A stretch of DNA of 64,000 nucleotides from Candidatus Poribacteria bacterium. Lineage in GTDB: Bacteria; Poribacteria; WGA-4E; PCPOR2b. Both the position numbers and the translations under genes were made by a program. Numbering within the stretch: position 1 is the stretch's first letter; each line of letters opens with the position of its first letter. The notes under the pieces are model-generated. The model was not told the DNA's origin. It worked only from the letters and a program-made list of their open reading frames with translations, and did no database searches. The stretch covers positions 1,824,001 to 1,888,000 of the forward strand of contig OZ220744.1 of NCBI GenBank assembly GCA_965116925.1, read 5' to 3'. Shown piece by piece: positions 18,631-27,980 of the stretch.

Positions 18631-19626
18631 ATGGCATTACGGGTGGCAGTTATCGGGATGCGGGGGATTGGGAACACACACGCTAACGTCTATCAGGAAC
18701 ACGCAGAGACATCATTGGTCGCTGTGTGCGATATGGTCAAAGAGCGTGCAGACGAATCGGCACAAAGGCTTGGAGTCAAAGCATATTACAGCGTTCCATC
18801 GCTCTTAGAAAATGAGACACTTGACGCTGTCAGTGTTGCGACAGGGGGTTTTGAAAACGGTGGGGCGCATTTCGAGCCAACGATGCAGGCACTTGAGGCT
18901 GGACTGCATGTGCTATGTGAAAAGCCGCTGTCTAACGATGTCGCTCGCGCACGGGAGATGGTCAACAAGGCAAAAGAGAAGAACGTCTGTTTGGGAACGA
19001 ATCTCAATCACCGCTTCACGCCGTTAGCGTTGCAAGCGAAGGAATGGGTAACGGACGGCAAGCTAGGGGATTTGCTCTTCATAAACATGGCGCTGTGGAT
19101 CGAAAATCCGAATGAGACCTCCCCGTTCTTCCATTTCAGAGCCTTACACCCGCATTCGCTCGACGTGATGATGTACTTCTGCGGTGAGGTGGAGAAGGTA
19201 CATGCCTTTGCAGTACGCGCACCGGGACGGCAAAATTGGAGCAACGCTTCGATTAATCTCAAGTTTAAGAACGGTGTAGTTGGACACCTCAGTGGTAGTT
19301 ATGATGCGGGACGTCTGAATGAGCGGTGTGAGGTCGCGGGAACAAATGGACAGTTTGTCCTTGATGGGGTGTTTGAGAAGCTAACTTTCTTCCCTCGACA
19401 GGGTGACGAAGTTGAAGAGTATTTCAATCCACCGTTGGGAGCGGAGGGACACATGGACTCTTTCGCGGATACCTTCTCAACACGAATTGGTGCGTGGATT
19501 CAACAGCTTGTGGATGGGGTTTCGCCCGATGAAATTGATGCTTCCGGTGCCGCGGGACTTGCGGCGCAGGAAATCATCGAGGCAGCCATTAAATCGTTTC
19601 AGACCGATACGGTCGTAACTCTATAG
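18631..19626 (+). CDS. Gfo/Idh/MocA-family oxidoreductase
   Basis: VAVIGMRGIG, HVLCEKPL, NHRF, HSLD. Confidence 0.9.
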   Translation: MALRVAVIGMRGIGNTHANVYQEHAETSLVAVCDMVKERADESAQRLGVKAYYSVPSLLENETLDAVSVATGGFENGGAHFEPTMQALEAGLHVLCEKPLSNDVARAREMVNKAKEKNVCLGTNLNHRFTPLALQAKEWVTDGKLGDLLFINMALWIENPNETSPFFHFRALHPHSLDVMMYFCGEVEKVHAFAVRAPGRQNWSNASINLKFKNGVVGHLSGSYDAGRLNERCEVAGTNGQFVLDGVFEKLTFFPRQGDEVEEYFNPPLGAEGHMDSFADTFSTRIGAWIQQLVDGVSPDEIDASGAAGLAAQEIIEAAIKSFQTDTVVTL

Positions 19627-19647
19627 CCACCGATTGGGCAGCCTTAC

Positions 19648-20337
19648 CTAAACTGTAAATTCTAGCTTGCTCTCTTCTCCGTCACGTATCGCTGCATAGT
19701 GTTCCTCGAAATTCAACATCTCGAACAGGCTGGCACCTGCTGCCATCTGCTCTAGCATCAAATCTTCCTTCCGCTGAATTTCCTCAGCAATTGGAATCGC
19801 TGCTGCCAGTTCGCCAATAGATCCGACAATAAGCCCATCGTCGTCCCCGAAGATAATATCCCCCGGATTCACGATAACGCCGCCGCAGGTAACCGAAATT
19901 TGCGTCTCGAAGATCTTATGAGTTGTGCCCGCTATTGGATTGAAGGATCGCGCATAGTAGGGGACATCTAAAGTTCTAATCGTTTTGGTATCACGGCAGG
20001 GACCATCTATGACGATGCCCGCTAACCCCTTCCGCGCTGCTTCTGTGGGGAACAGTTCACCCGCCACCGCACGACGACTCCCCTGAGTATCAATCACAAG
20101 TACCTCCCCCGGCTCGGCGTCCCGCAATCCTTTGATTACTGTAAGAAAGTCTTCATGGCAGGTCACCGTGTGTGCCCGCCCGACAAGTTTGAGTCCGGTT
20201 CGGACAGGACGAATGGCGGGATCGATAACCCTTAATTCTGTAACCGCGGGGTCAGCAGATTGCCCTGCCTTATTACCATCACATACGCAGGCGGTATCGA
20301 GTGCCAACAGACGCCGCTTAATCTCTTCAAAGTTCAT
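19648..20337 (-). CDS. RraA/HMG aldolase-family protein
   Basis: DTACVCD, GRAHTV, AVAGEL, IVIDGPCRD, VNPGDIIFGDDDG. Confidence 0.88.
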   Translation of the reverse strand: MNFEEIKRRLLALDTACVCDGNKAGQSADPAVTELRVIDPAIRPVRTGLKLVGRAHTVTCHEDFLTVIKGLRDAEPGEVLVIDTQGSRRAVAGELFPTEAARKGLAGIVIDGPCRDTKTIRTLDVPYYARSFNPIAGTTHKIFETQISVTCGGVIVNPGDIIFGDDDGLIVGSIGELAAAIPIAEEIQRKEDLMLEQMAAGASLFEMLNFEEHYAAIRDGEESKLEFTV

Positions 20338-20440
20338 TAAAATTTTCGCAGTGGGGATCCCCTTTTTTGGCTGGGGGAGAAAACTGCGTCTCCTTTCTTC
20401 ATGTTGTGTCTACATAAACAACTGCTGTTGTTCTTCGTAC

Positions 20441-21695
20441 TAGGGCAATCGCATATAAAAAAATCTTGACAATGTAGTGAATAGAGGTAATGTATAGGGT
20501 ATCCCATAAAGCAAAGGAGTGTTTGAAATGTCTGATACCCCCATTGCCTCAATTGAATCCCATTTTTCTGAGTTACCCGACCCCCGAACCGACACGCACC
20601 GCATTCGTCATAAACTAACGGATATGGTTGTGATAGCCATCAGTGCGGTTATCTGTGGTGCCGATAGCTGGGTGACGGTTGAATCGTTTGGACACGCGAA
20701 GTTTAAGTGGCTATCGGGTTTATTGAACTTACCCAACGGTATCCCGTCGCATGACACGTTTAGTCGCGTGTTTGGTTTACTTGACTCGGTCGCCTTTGAG
20801 CACTGTTTCATCAATTGGATAAAGCAAGTTATCGAAATGACAGATGGTCAAGTGGTTGCTGTTGATGGTAAATACCTCCGTCGGTCTTATGATACGGCGA
20901 CCGACCCAAGTCTGATTGGCTTGGTCAGTGCATGGGCATCGTCACAATCGGTGACCTTGGGACAACTGAGAGTCGCTGACCATTCCAATGAAATCCCCGC
21001 CATTCCGCAATTACTGGAGATGTTAGCCATCTCCGGGTGTATTGTGACTACCGATGCGATGGGGTGTCACCCACGAATTGCTCAACAGATTGTGGATGCC
21101 GATGCCGATTATGTATTGGCATTGAAAGCGAATCAAGGCCAACTCCATGAAGATGTCAAACTGCTGTTCGATGGCATTGCCGATAATCAGTTACCCGATG
21201 TGCAGACCGACACCACTCAGACCATTGATGGCGACCACGGTCGGATTGAGACCCGAACTGCTATCACTGTTTCTGACCCTGAAGTGATTGCACCATTGAG
21301 AGGCAGTGAGACCTTTGTCAATCTCAACTCAGTGGTCAAGGTCATCGCAGAACGGGAACAGAATGAAAAGACAACGGTCAAGACCCGATACTATATCTCC
21401 TCGTTATCGGCAGATGCCGTCCAATTGCTTGACGCTATCCGCACCCACTGGTCTATTGAAAACTCATGCCATTGGGTGTTAGATGTCGCATTTGATGAAG
21501 ATGGCTGTCGTATCCGTAAAAACAATGGCAGTCAAAACTTTGCCATACTCCGACGCATTGCACTCAACTTACTCAAGGGAGAACCAACAGCCAAGGTTGG
21601 TGTTGCCGCCAAAAGGTTGAAAGCCGCATGGGACACCGACTACTTAACTACCGTGCTCGCTACCCTCTTCTAAAATCTTATATGCGATTGCCCTA
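20441..21695 (+). mobile_element. Intact ISAs1-family insertion sequence
   Basis: 18-bp perfect TIRs TAGGGCAATCGCATATAA. 10-bp direct repeat TTCTTCGTAC at 20431-20440 and 21696-21705. Confidence 0.95.
20528..21673 (+). CDS. ISAs1-family transposase
   Basis: LPDPR, GIPSHDTFSRVF, VDGK, SNEIPAIP, DAMG, LKANQ, HGRIE.R, HWSIENSCHWVLDV.FDED. Confidence 0.95.
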   Translation: MSDTPIASIESHFSELPDPRTDTHRIRHKLTDMVVIAISAVICGADSWVTVESFGHAKFKWLSGLLNLPNGIPSHDTFSRVFGLLDSVAFEHCFINWIKQVIEMTDGQVVAVDGKYLRRSYDTATDPSLIGLVSAWASSQSVTLGQLRVADHSNEIPAIPQLLEMLAISGCIVTTDAMGCHPRIAQQIVDADADYVLALKANQGQLHEDVKLLFDGIADNQLPDVQTDTTQTIDGDHGRIETRTAITVSDPEVIAPLRGSETFVNLNSVVKVIAEREQNEKTTVKTRYYISSLSADAVQLLDAIRTHWSIENSCHWVLDVAFDEDGCRIRKNNGSQNFAILRRIALNLLKGEPTAKVGVAAKRLKAAWDTDYLTTVLATLF

Positions 21696-21830
21696 TTCTT
21701 CGTACCCTTTAGTGATTCTATTTGAGTCTGTTTTATGATATACTAAAAGTTGATAAATGGAAGAAGTTATTCCCATATTGATATCTATGACAACAGAACT
21801 CCAGTGGCAATCGCCAAAGGAGGTGGAGCC

Positions 21831-22367
21831 GTGTCGTTCAATCATCTGCTTGATATATATTTCTTCGTTTCTTTTCTCTTTGTCTTGGTGATGTTTCCGC
21901 CCTATCTCTTCTGGCGGAGGAGAACCAGAGGGCAGATTTTGTACCACCTACCTAGATCAAGATTCTACAGAGGATTCTTGGGCTTTGTAGTCGTGGTCTC
22001 AACAATTGGCATACTTGTGCGAATTATTTTGATGCCAAACGATAGCGGAGTGTCTGCATTGGAGTTATCGCCCACATTATTGGGGCTAACATTCGGCCTA
22101 TATTCTCTGTTCCCTGCAAACCGATTTGAAATTAGAGAGGCAGGTATTTCCTTACAGGAACGCTTTATAAAGTGGAAAGACCTATACGCCTTCCAATGGA
22201 AAGAGGAAGGGGACTATAAACTCGGCTTGGGGGTAGAGGCGTATATCCTCGGCTTGAATGTGTCAGGCGACAGGTTCCCACAGTGGCTTGAGGGGTACAA
22301 ATTTCAACCGAATCAACGTGAAGACATTGATAAGCTATTGTCCCAATACCTCCCGAAAGCGGCTTGA
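21831..22367 (+). CDS. Hypothetical membrane protein (three TM helices plus a soluble tail)
   Basis: GTG at 21831 after AAGGAGGT. Three hydrophobic segments, then FEIREAGI...IKWKDL. Confidence 0.7.
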   Translation: MSFNHLLDIYFFVSFLFVLVMFPPYLFWRRRTRGQILYHLPRSRFYRGFLGFVVVVSTIGILVRIILMPNDSGVSALELSPTLLGLTFGLYSLFPANRFEIREAGISLQERFIKWKDLYAFQWKEEGDYKLGLGVEAYILGLNVSGDRFPQWLEGYKFQPNQREDIDKLLSQYLPKAA

Positions 22368-22384
22368 CGTGCCATATTGGTTTC

Positions 22385-23224
22385 TCAAGAAATTGGGCGA
22401 AGGTTTGAATAAGCCTCCCGAGCGTATTGTGGAAACAGTTCATCGTGGATCTCGACGCACTGCCAAAGATGAACCTTCCGTTTCTCATCGGCGGTATCGA
22501 GTATGAGCGGATGATACATGCTGGCACCGGTATCGACGTTGTAACCACCGGGGGAATGAATACTCAAATACTGGCGCAAGGTCTTAAGATCTGGCTCGGT
22601 TGTACAGTGACGGGTCAGGTTCATGGTGAACATCCGTCGCCGTTTGCCACCACCGAAGGACGCATGATAGGTGTCGTGGTTGAAGATGACTAGATCACCC
22701 GGATTCGTCTCCAACGCAACGCTGCCGGGAAAGTCCTGTGGTGGAACACCGAAAAGTTCTTCCGATTCGTTCGGATTTATCTTTTCCGCTCTCACAAAAT
22801 GCTCCGGACACTGGCTGCCGGGGATAACTCGCAGACAACCGGTGTCCGCTGTCAACGGATCAAGGTAAAATGCAATCTTGCAGGAAAAGAGCTGCCCCCA
22901 ATTGCCATCCGGGTGCCAACCTGTGTCACCGGTATAGTAATTACCGTCTCCGCTGGCGTAGTTAAAATCCTCCCCCAAAACCCCACCAGCAACACCAAGC
23001 ACGCGCGGATCGTCTAGCAACGAGCAAAGCCTTGGGCGATGCTCGATAGGTCCGCCGAACATAGTTCGCTTTGAGCCATCGTGCGCCTTACCTTCCCCGA
23101 AATTTTGGATGGAGAAATCAAATTCTTCGGTAATCCAAGCGACCTCGTCGGACGAAAAGAGGCTAGGAAACGCTAGGTAGCCAAAGGTATTAAAAAAATT
23201 GACCTGTTGTTCGGTGAGTTTCAT
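22385..23224 (-). CDS. PhyH-family dioxygenase
   Basis: FFNTFGYL, WHPD, GCLRVIPGS, PGDLVIFNH..YHAS. ATG at 23224; the longer ORF reads through a repeat. Confidence 0.9.
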   Translation of the reverse strand: MKLTEQQVNFFNTFGYLAFPSLFSSDEVAWITEEFDFSIQNFGEGKAHDGSKRTMFGGPIEHRPRLCSLLDDPRVLGVAGGVLGEDFNYASGDGNYYTGDTGWHPDGNWGQLFSCKIAFYLDPLTADTGCLRVIPGSQCPEHFVRAEKINPNESEELFGVPPQDFPGSVALETNPGDLVIFNHDTYHASFGGGKRRRMFTMNLTRHCTTEPDLKTLRQYLSIHSPGGYNVDTGASMYHPLILDTADEKRKVHLWQCVEIHDELFPQYAREAYSNLRPIS

Positions 23225-23249
23225 GGAATCCCTCCAGAGTATGAAGTCA

Positions 23250-23367
23250 AGGCTCATATAAAAAGAAAGTGCAAAATACCGAAAGAAACCGTAGGCGGGG
23301 CATCTGGTTTCCCCGCCTGCCTGTGCCAAAAACTAGTTTCTGTTACACGCTTTCTTAATATCAGCCA
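23250..23367. repeat. MITE-like element (GGCTCAT...TGAGCC-type ends) containing a GTAG REP
   Basis: Flanked by AAGTCA (23244-23249 and 23368-23373), with a REP at 23290-23317. Related copies near 33156-33248, 37772-37888, 48449-48560, 52514, 58770-58795 and 61957-62087. Confidence 0.7.
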
Positions 23368-23379
23368 AAGTCAATGGGT

Positions 23380-24441
23380 TTATGTGCGTTTCTCCTGTTC
23401 TGGGAACGGTCTCCGGATATCGTAAGGGTCTTCCGTCAGTTCAGGGAAAACACCCTCCTTTATCAGCAGCTCAAGTGGCGATTCGCTGGTTTCGAGCGGC
23501 ATCGTGACCACATTTTTGATCCGCAGTGACTCGTAGATCGCCATCATGATCTCCATCGTATACCGTCCCTGTCGACCTGTGCTTCGATGTGAATCAATTT
23601 TTCCCTCCATCCAATCAATTAACTCCTGGTACTGATCTATCGGCTCCGGGCGCGGCTGAATCTCCTGCCAACCGCCCGCTCGGTTGTTCTGAAGCAGCAC
23701 AGTCCCATCGTCTCCCATTTTGATTTGTCCATCTGTACCTGCCACTACTGCTGCCGAGACTACCGGTTCAGGCAGGTCGCTTTCATAGATACCACGCGCG
23801 CCGCCTTCAAAGCAGATCAATCCCATACATAGATCTTCGCACAGTGTGCGACGTTCCCATCGGTTGGTAGTGCGAGAAACCTGACCAATCACCCAGAGCG
23901 TTTCCGGATCTGACAGATAGTATCGCATCCGATCAATGGCGTGCGTACCGATATTGAGCAAACCAGCATTCGGTTTTGACCTCTGATGGAGCAACGTCGG
24001 TTGACCGATAGCACCGTCTTGGATAAGCCTTCGGATCTCGGTGTTTGCCGGGCTGAAGCGTCCATTATGCCCGATGACTAGCTTCGCACCATACTCCTCG
24101 CACACAGCAATCATAGTATCCGCTTCCCCTAAAGACGCGGCCATCGGTTTTTCACCAAGAATCCCTTTGACTCCTGCTTTTGCCGCGGCAACGGTGATCT
24201 CAGCGCGAACTCCCTGCCATGTCGTGATGCTCACAATATCGAGCGCTTCTTTTTCTAGCATCTGATTATAGTCGGTATATACAGCGGGAACAGAGAATTC
24301 ATCGGCAAGGCGTTTTGCTGATTCCGCGTTCACATCCATTGCTGCAACCAATTCTGTCGCTGGATTTTGGTTGTAAGCAGTTGAATGAGCACGTCCCATC
24401 CCGCCACAGCCAATAATGCCAGTACGATAAGTTTTAGCCAT
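23380..24441 (-). CDS. Gfo/Idh/MocA-family oxidoreductase
   Basis: GIIGCGGMG, ILGEKPM, GHNGRF, GTHAID. Confidence 0.9.
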   Translation of the reverse strand: MAKTYRTGIIGCGGMGRAHSTAYNQNPATELVAAMDVNAESAKRLADEFSVPAVYTDYNQMLEKEALDIVSITTWQGVRAEITVAAAKAGVKGILGEKPMAASLGEADTMIAVCEEYGAKLVIGHNGRFSPANTEIRRLIQDGAIGQPTLLHQRSKPNAGLLNIGTHAIDRMRYYLSDPETLWVIGQVSRTTNRWERRTLCEDLCMGLICFEGGARGIYESDLPEPVVSAAVVAGTDGQIKMGDDGTVLLQNNRAGGWQEIQPRPEPIDQYQELIDWMEGKIDSHRSTGRQGRYTMEIMMAIYESLRIKNVVTMPLETSESPLELLIKEGVFPELTEDPYDIRRPFPEQEKRT

Positions 24442-24544
24442 TGGTTTACCTCATCTTTCGGTGATTTCTTGTTAGGATTTGCGAAAAATGTCTACTCTCT
24501 CTTTATCTGAATGGTGGATGCCATCCTTCCAAAGGGCAGTCAGT

Positions 24545-25663
24545 CTAGCCAAAGCGATCTAGTCGGAATTTTTCGATCGGATAATCTGTTTTGCCGTCAG
24601 CAGCAAGTTCAGCGAGAATCTTGCCGACAATGGTTGAAAACTTGAAGCCGTGTCCTGAGAACCCTGCTCCGACAAAGATGTTTGAATTCAGCGGATGATG
24701 CCCGATAAGAAAGTCATTGTCTGGAGTGAGCGTATACATACAAGTCGAGCCTTGGACGAAGGAAGGGTTGACGCCGGGCATAATTGTCCTGAGCCACTGC
24801 TCCAACGCATCCTGTACATCCAAGTCCAGCTCCCGATCAACCGTTTCAGGGGAGGTCACGGGTCCATGCCCGTCATCAGCTATCTTGATTCCGGGGCCAT
24901 AGTAGGGGAAGCCGTAGTAGTGCAGGTCGTAGTCCGCGTAGACAGGCAGACGGTCTGGTTGATACAACGCCTCTCCGTCCTGCGGCTGGAAGTAAAATTT
25001 CTGCTGCCGTGTCACCTCAAGCGGCAGCGAAAGATCTTTGAGCAGCTGTGAAGCCCACGGTCCGGGGGCAACAATAAGTCTTTTGCAGCGATAGGTGCCT
25101 GCTGATGTTTTAATTTCAGGCTGTTCTTTGCTGATGTCGATATGATGCACGCTCACCCCACTATGAACTGTCCCCCCAAAACGTTCAGCTTGCGATACAT
25201 GGGTGCGAACACAACGGCTTGGGTTCAGGAAGCCTGAGTCCGGTGTTAGGCAGGCGACTGTGCCTGTCGGGAGTTGAAGTGCTGGAAATCGGGTGGCAAC
25301 CTCTTCAGTCGTCAATACCTCGTGTAACGTTTTCGTTTCCTCCATGACACGGAAATTCTGATCAAGTCGCTCATTCCCCGGTTTGGCAAAGGCTAGCATA
25401 CCGTTAGGGATAAGCAGTTGCTCACCAGAAAGCGTCTCTAATTCCTGCCACAGCGGAAGGGCAGCTTTTACCAAGGTCACATATGTGGGGTCGTCATAAA
25501 AGACTCGGAATGCCCGTGAGTGGCCGTGAGAACTGCCGTGCGTATGACCAACGGAGTATTGATCTATGCCAACCGGTGCTGCACCTTGACGAGCAAGATG
25601 ATACAGAGCAGCACTCCCCATTGCACCCAAGCCGACGACCAGAATTTCCGCATCTCGGTACAT
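24545..25663 (-). CDS. N-methyl amino acid oxidase (monomeric sarcosine oxidase / SolA family)
   Basis: VVGLGAMGS, GSSHGHSR, TCMYTLTPD, GFSGHGFKF. Confidence 0.9.
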   Translation of the reverse strand: MYRDAEILVVGLGAMGSAALYHLARQGAAPVGIDQYSVGHTHGSSHGHSRAFRVFYDDPTYVTLVKAALPLWQELETLSGEQLLIPNGMLAFAKPGNERLDQNFRVMEETKTLHEVLTTEEVATRFPALQLPTGTVACLTPDSGFLNPSRCVRTHVSQAERFGGTVHSGVSVHHIDISKEQPEIKTSAGTYRCKRLIVAPGPWASQLLKDLSLPLEVTRQQKFYFQPQDGEALYQPDRLPVYADYDLHYYGFPYYGPGIKIADDGHGPVTSPETVDRELDLDVQDALEQWLRTIMPGVNPSFVQGSTCMYTLTPDNDFLIGHHPLNSNIFVGAGFSGHGFKFSTIVGKILAELAADGKTDYPIEKFRLDRFG

Positions 25664-25689
25664 CTGATTACCCCTCCTTACTGACCAAT

Positions 25690-26616
25690 TTAATCAAAGC
25701 CGTAGACACGCATCGCATTTTCTCCGAGGATCATCGCTTGTTCATCGGGGGACAATGACTGTGTATGCAGTTTTGCCAATCTAAGCAGTTGTGGATAGTT
25801 TAAGTGACGCAGCAATCCCGGCAGATCCGTGCCCCATAAGATTTTTGAAGGTCCAATCCGTTCAAGCGCAAGATGGAGATACCGCTCCGCAGCTGGATAG
25901 GGAAAATCCTCGTCCGGCAGATAGGCTGGCAAAGCGGCGGTATCAAACCACACATTGGGCAGCTGTCCGAGATCAATCTGTTCCTGCCATAAGCCCCAGT
26001 GTTTCATATCTACTTCTGCCGATGGATTCGGCTGCCCCAGATGCGCAATAACAATCCGCAGATCCGGATGCCCCTCTGCAATGGTTCGCACGGCACCGGT
26101 CTGATAAGAGCGGCTGCCTATAGCTCCCAAGTCGAGGGTCAGCACCAATCCGCAGCCTTCAAGTTCGTTCCAGAGCCAAGCAATATCGGGCATATCAAGC
26201 CTAGCATTGGGGTGCAAGCCACAAAGTCCAGTCGGCTCAGAACATTCTAGTTTGACCACTCGAAAGCCCGAAGACGCGATAAGGTTCTCAAAATCTTGGC
26301 GAACCTTCGTCTCCCATGGATCGAAATATGCTGCGCCGACGAGGCGGTCTGGGTAGCGGTCCAGTGCCTCGAGCACATACGAATTGCACTCCCCATAAAA
26401 CGGTCCTTGGAGCAGCACCGCTTTGTCAACACCCGCCCAATCCATGTTTGCTATAAGCATTTCAGGGGTGAATACGGTTTTTTCGTTATATGGTGGCAGC
26501 AGTTGAGTTTCTTCATCACCGACAGTAATGCGGCCATAACCCGGTCCACGGGTGGAACCCCTACCCGTTGCACCGCGGACTTCGGGAAAAATGTGGGCAT
26601 GTGCGTCAATAATCAT
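25690..26616 (-). CDS. Amidohydrolase-family protein
   Basis: IIDAHAH, IVIAHLG, ILWGTD, ILGENAMRVY. Confidence 0.88.
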   Translation of the reverse strand: MIIDAHAHIFPEVRGATGRGSTRGPGYGRITVGDEETQLLPPYNEKTVFTPEMLIANMDWAGVDKAVLLQGPFYGECNSYVLEALDRYPDRLVGAAYFDPWETKVRQDFENLIASSGFRVVKLECSEPTGLCGLHPNARLDMPDIAWLWNELEGCGLVLTLDLGAIGSRSYQTGAVRTIAEGHPDLRIVIAHLGQPNPSAEVDMKHWGLWQEQIDLGQLPNVWFDTAALPAYLPDEDFPYPAAERYLHLALERIGPSKILWGTDLPGLLRHLNYPQLLRLAKLHTQSLSPDEQAMILGENAMRVYGFD

Positions 26617-26636
26617 GGGCAAGCCTATCCTTACTT

Positions 26637-27197
26637 CTATTCCAGATTGGCGTGTCTCGTAAACATTGACTCCGGCGTTTTTCCGGTTTTCCTCATTAGC
26701 AGGAGGACGACCGCATCCAAAGTCAGCAGCAGACTCTGTTCAAACAGAGATCCCATTGGCTGCACTGAGCGAAAACCGAGATCTCTGTTGACTTTTGGTG
26801 AGGGGGCAGGGATGGTAAGAACCACTTTTGCCAGTTTCCCAATCGGTGAGTTTTCGTCGATGGTGATAAGGCAGATGGTCGCACCGATTGCATGTGCTTT
26901 GTTGGCACTAGTCACCAAGCTGTCAGTGGAACCCGAACCCGAACCAATCAGCAGCACATCCTTATCCGTGATGCTAGGGGTTACGGTTTCTCCCACGACA
27001 TAAATATCAAAGCCCATGTGCATCAAGCGCATCGCAAAACTCTTCATCGCCAAACCGGATCTGCCAGCTCCCGCGACAAAGATTGTTTCGGCAGCCAAGA
27101 TCGCATCAGCTAATTTTTCCGCCGAATCATTGCAGACATGCCCCACAGTTTCGCCAAGTTCGTCAAGTATCTGGCTGATATATGCCTGTAGCTTCAC
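26637..27197 (-). CDS. hxlB: 6-phospho-3-hexuloisomerase
   Basis: GAGRSG, FAMRLMHMG, VVGETVTP, GSGSG.T, QPMGSLFEQ, RHANLE. Confidence 0.95.
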   Translation of the reverse strand: MKLQAYISQILDELGETVGHVCNDSAEKLADAILAAETIFVAGAGRSGLAMKSFAMRLMHMGFDIYVVGETVTPSITDKDVLLIGSGSGSTDSLVTSANKAHAIGATICLITIDENSPIGKLAKVVLTIPAPSPKVNRDLGFRSVQPMGSLFEQSLLLTLDAVVLLLMRKTGKTPESMFTRHANLE

Positions 27198-27209
27198 CGA
27201 TGTCCCTTT

Positions 27210-27836
27210 TTAAGTCAAAAATTCCCTGATTTCGAGAGCCGCCTGACGGGGGTCTGGATGGTTGGTGATGAAACCACCCACAATGACGACCGCCGGACGA
27301 TATGCGAGAATATCTGGCAAGATCTCCGGATTGATCCCGCCCGCCACCGCCATCTCAGTCCGCTTCAGGGCAGATTGAACAAGCTGAATCTCTCGCAGGG
27401 GGTGCACACCGTGATCTTGGAGGTCGAAGGCGGTGTGGACACAGCAATAATCTGGGGCGATGGGGTCAATCTGATCGATACGCGCCCAAACATCACCGAC
27501 CGCTATCAGGTCTACCATTACCTTCTTATTGAGAGTACGGGCTTGGTTCACAGCGCGACGAATCGTAACGTCGTGTGCCACGCCAAGCACGGTTACAATA
27601 TCCGCACCCGCTTCAAACCCAATGCTTGCCTCAATATCACCGGCATCCATGATTTTGAGATCGGCGAGCACCTCAAGTTGAGGATAGGCATTTTTAACCT
27701 CCGTGACGACCTTTACCCCCTCTTTCATGAGTAGAGGAGTGCCGATTTCGACAATATCCACCAGATCACTAACTTTTTCAAGGATGCTTTTGGCTTCCCG
27801 ACTATTGCTTGAGTCCAAAGCGAGTTGCAATTTCAT
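27210..27836 (-). CDS. hxlA: 3-hexulose-6-phosphate synthase
   Basis: MKLQLALD, EIGTP, ADLKIMDAG, VHTAFDLQ, AVAGGI. Adjacent to hxlB. Confidence 0.93.
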   Translation of the reverse strand: MKLQLALDSSNSREAKSILEKVSDLVDIVEIGTPLLMKEGVKVVTEVKNAYPQLEVLADLKIMDAGDIEASIGFEAGADIVTVLGVAHDVTIRRAVNQARTLNKKVMVDLIAVGDVWARIDQIDPIAPDYCCVHTAFDLQDHGVHPLREIQLVQSALKRTEMAVAGGINPEILPDILAYRPAVVIVGGFITNHPDPRQAALEIREFLT

Positions 27837-27931
27837 ATTATCGTGTCCATTTTTTTAGTCCGTCTACTACGCTTCGGCATTTTATCACGGATGGGGTTCA
27901 CTGTCAAAACAAGAAAGGTGCAAAAGAGCAT

Positions 27932-27969
27932 AAAAAAAGCGCCTCGGTTGCCCGAGACGCTTCTGTTTT
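27932..27969. terminator. Rho-independent terminator after the adaptor gene
   Basis: A-run, then GCGCCTCGG-loop-CCGAGACGC, then a T-rich tail. Reads as hairpin plus U-run on the minus strand. Confidence 0.7.
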
Positions 27970-27980
27970 GAACTGGTGGA

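Noticed and set aside
23225..23329. N-terminal extensions in the ORF track (also 35202-35363, 57844-57879, 49445-49501, 34562-34618)
   Set aside because: They run through repeats or terminators, and better RBS-supported starts lie downstream.
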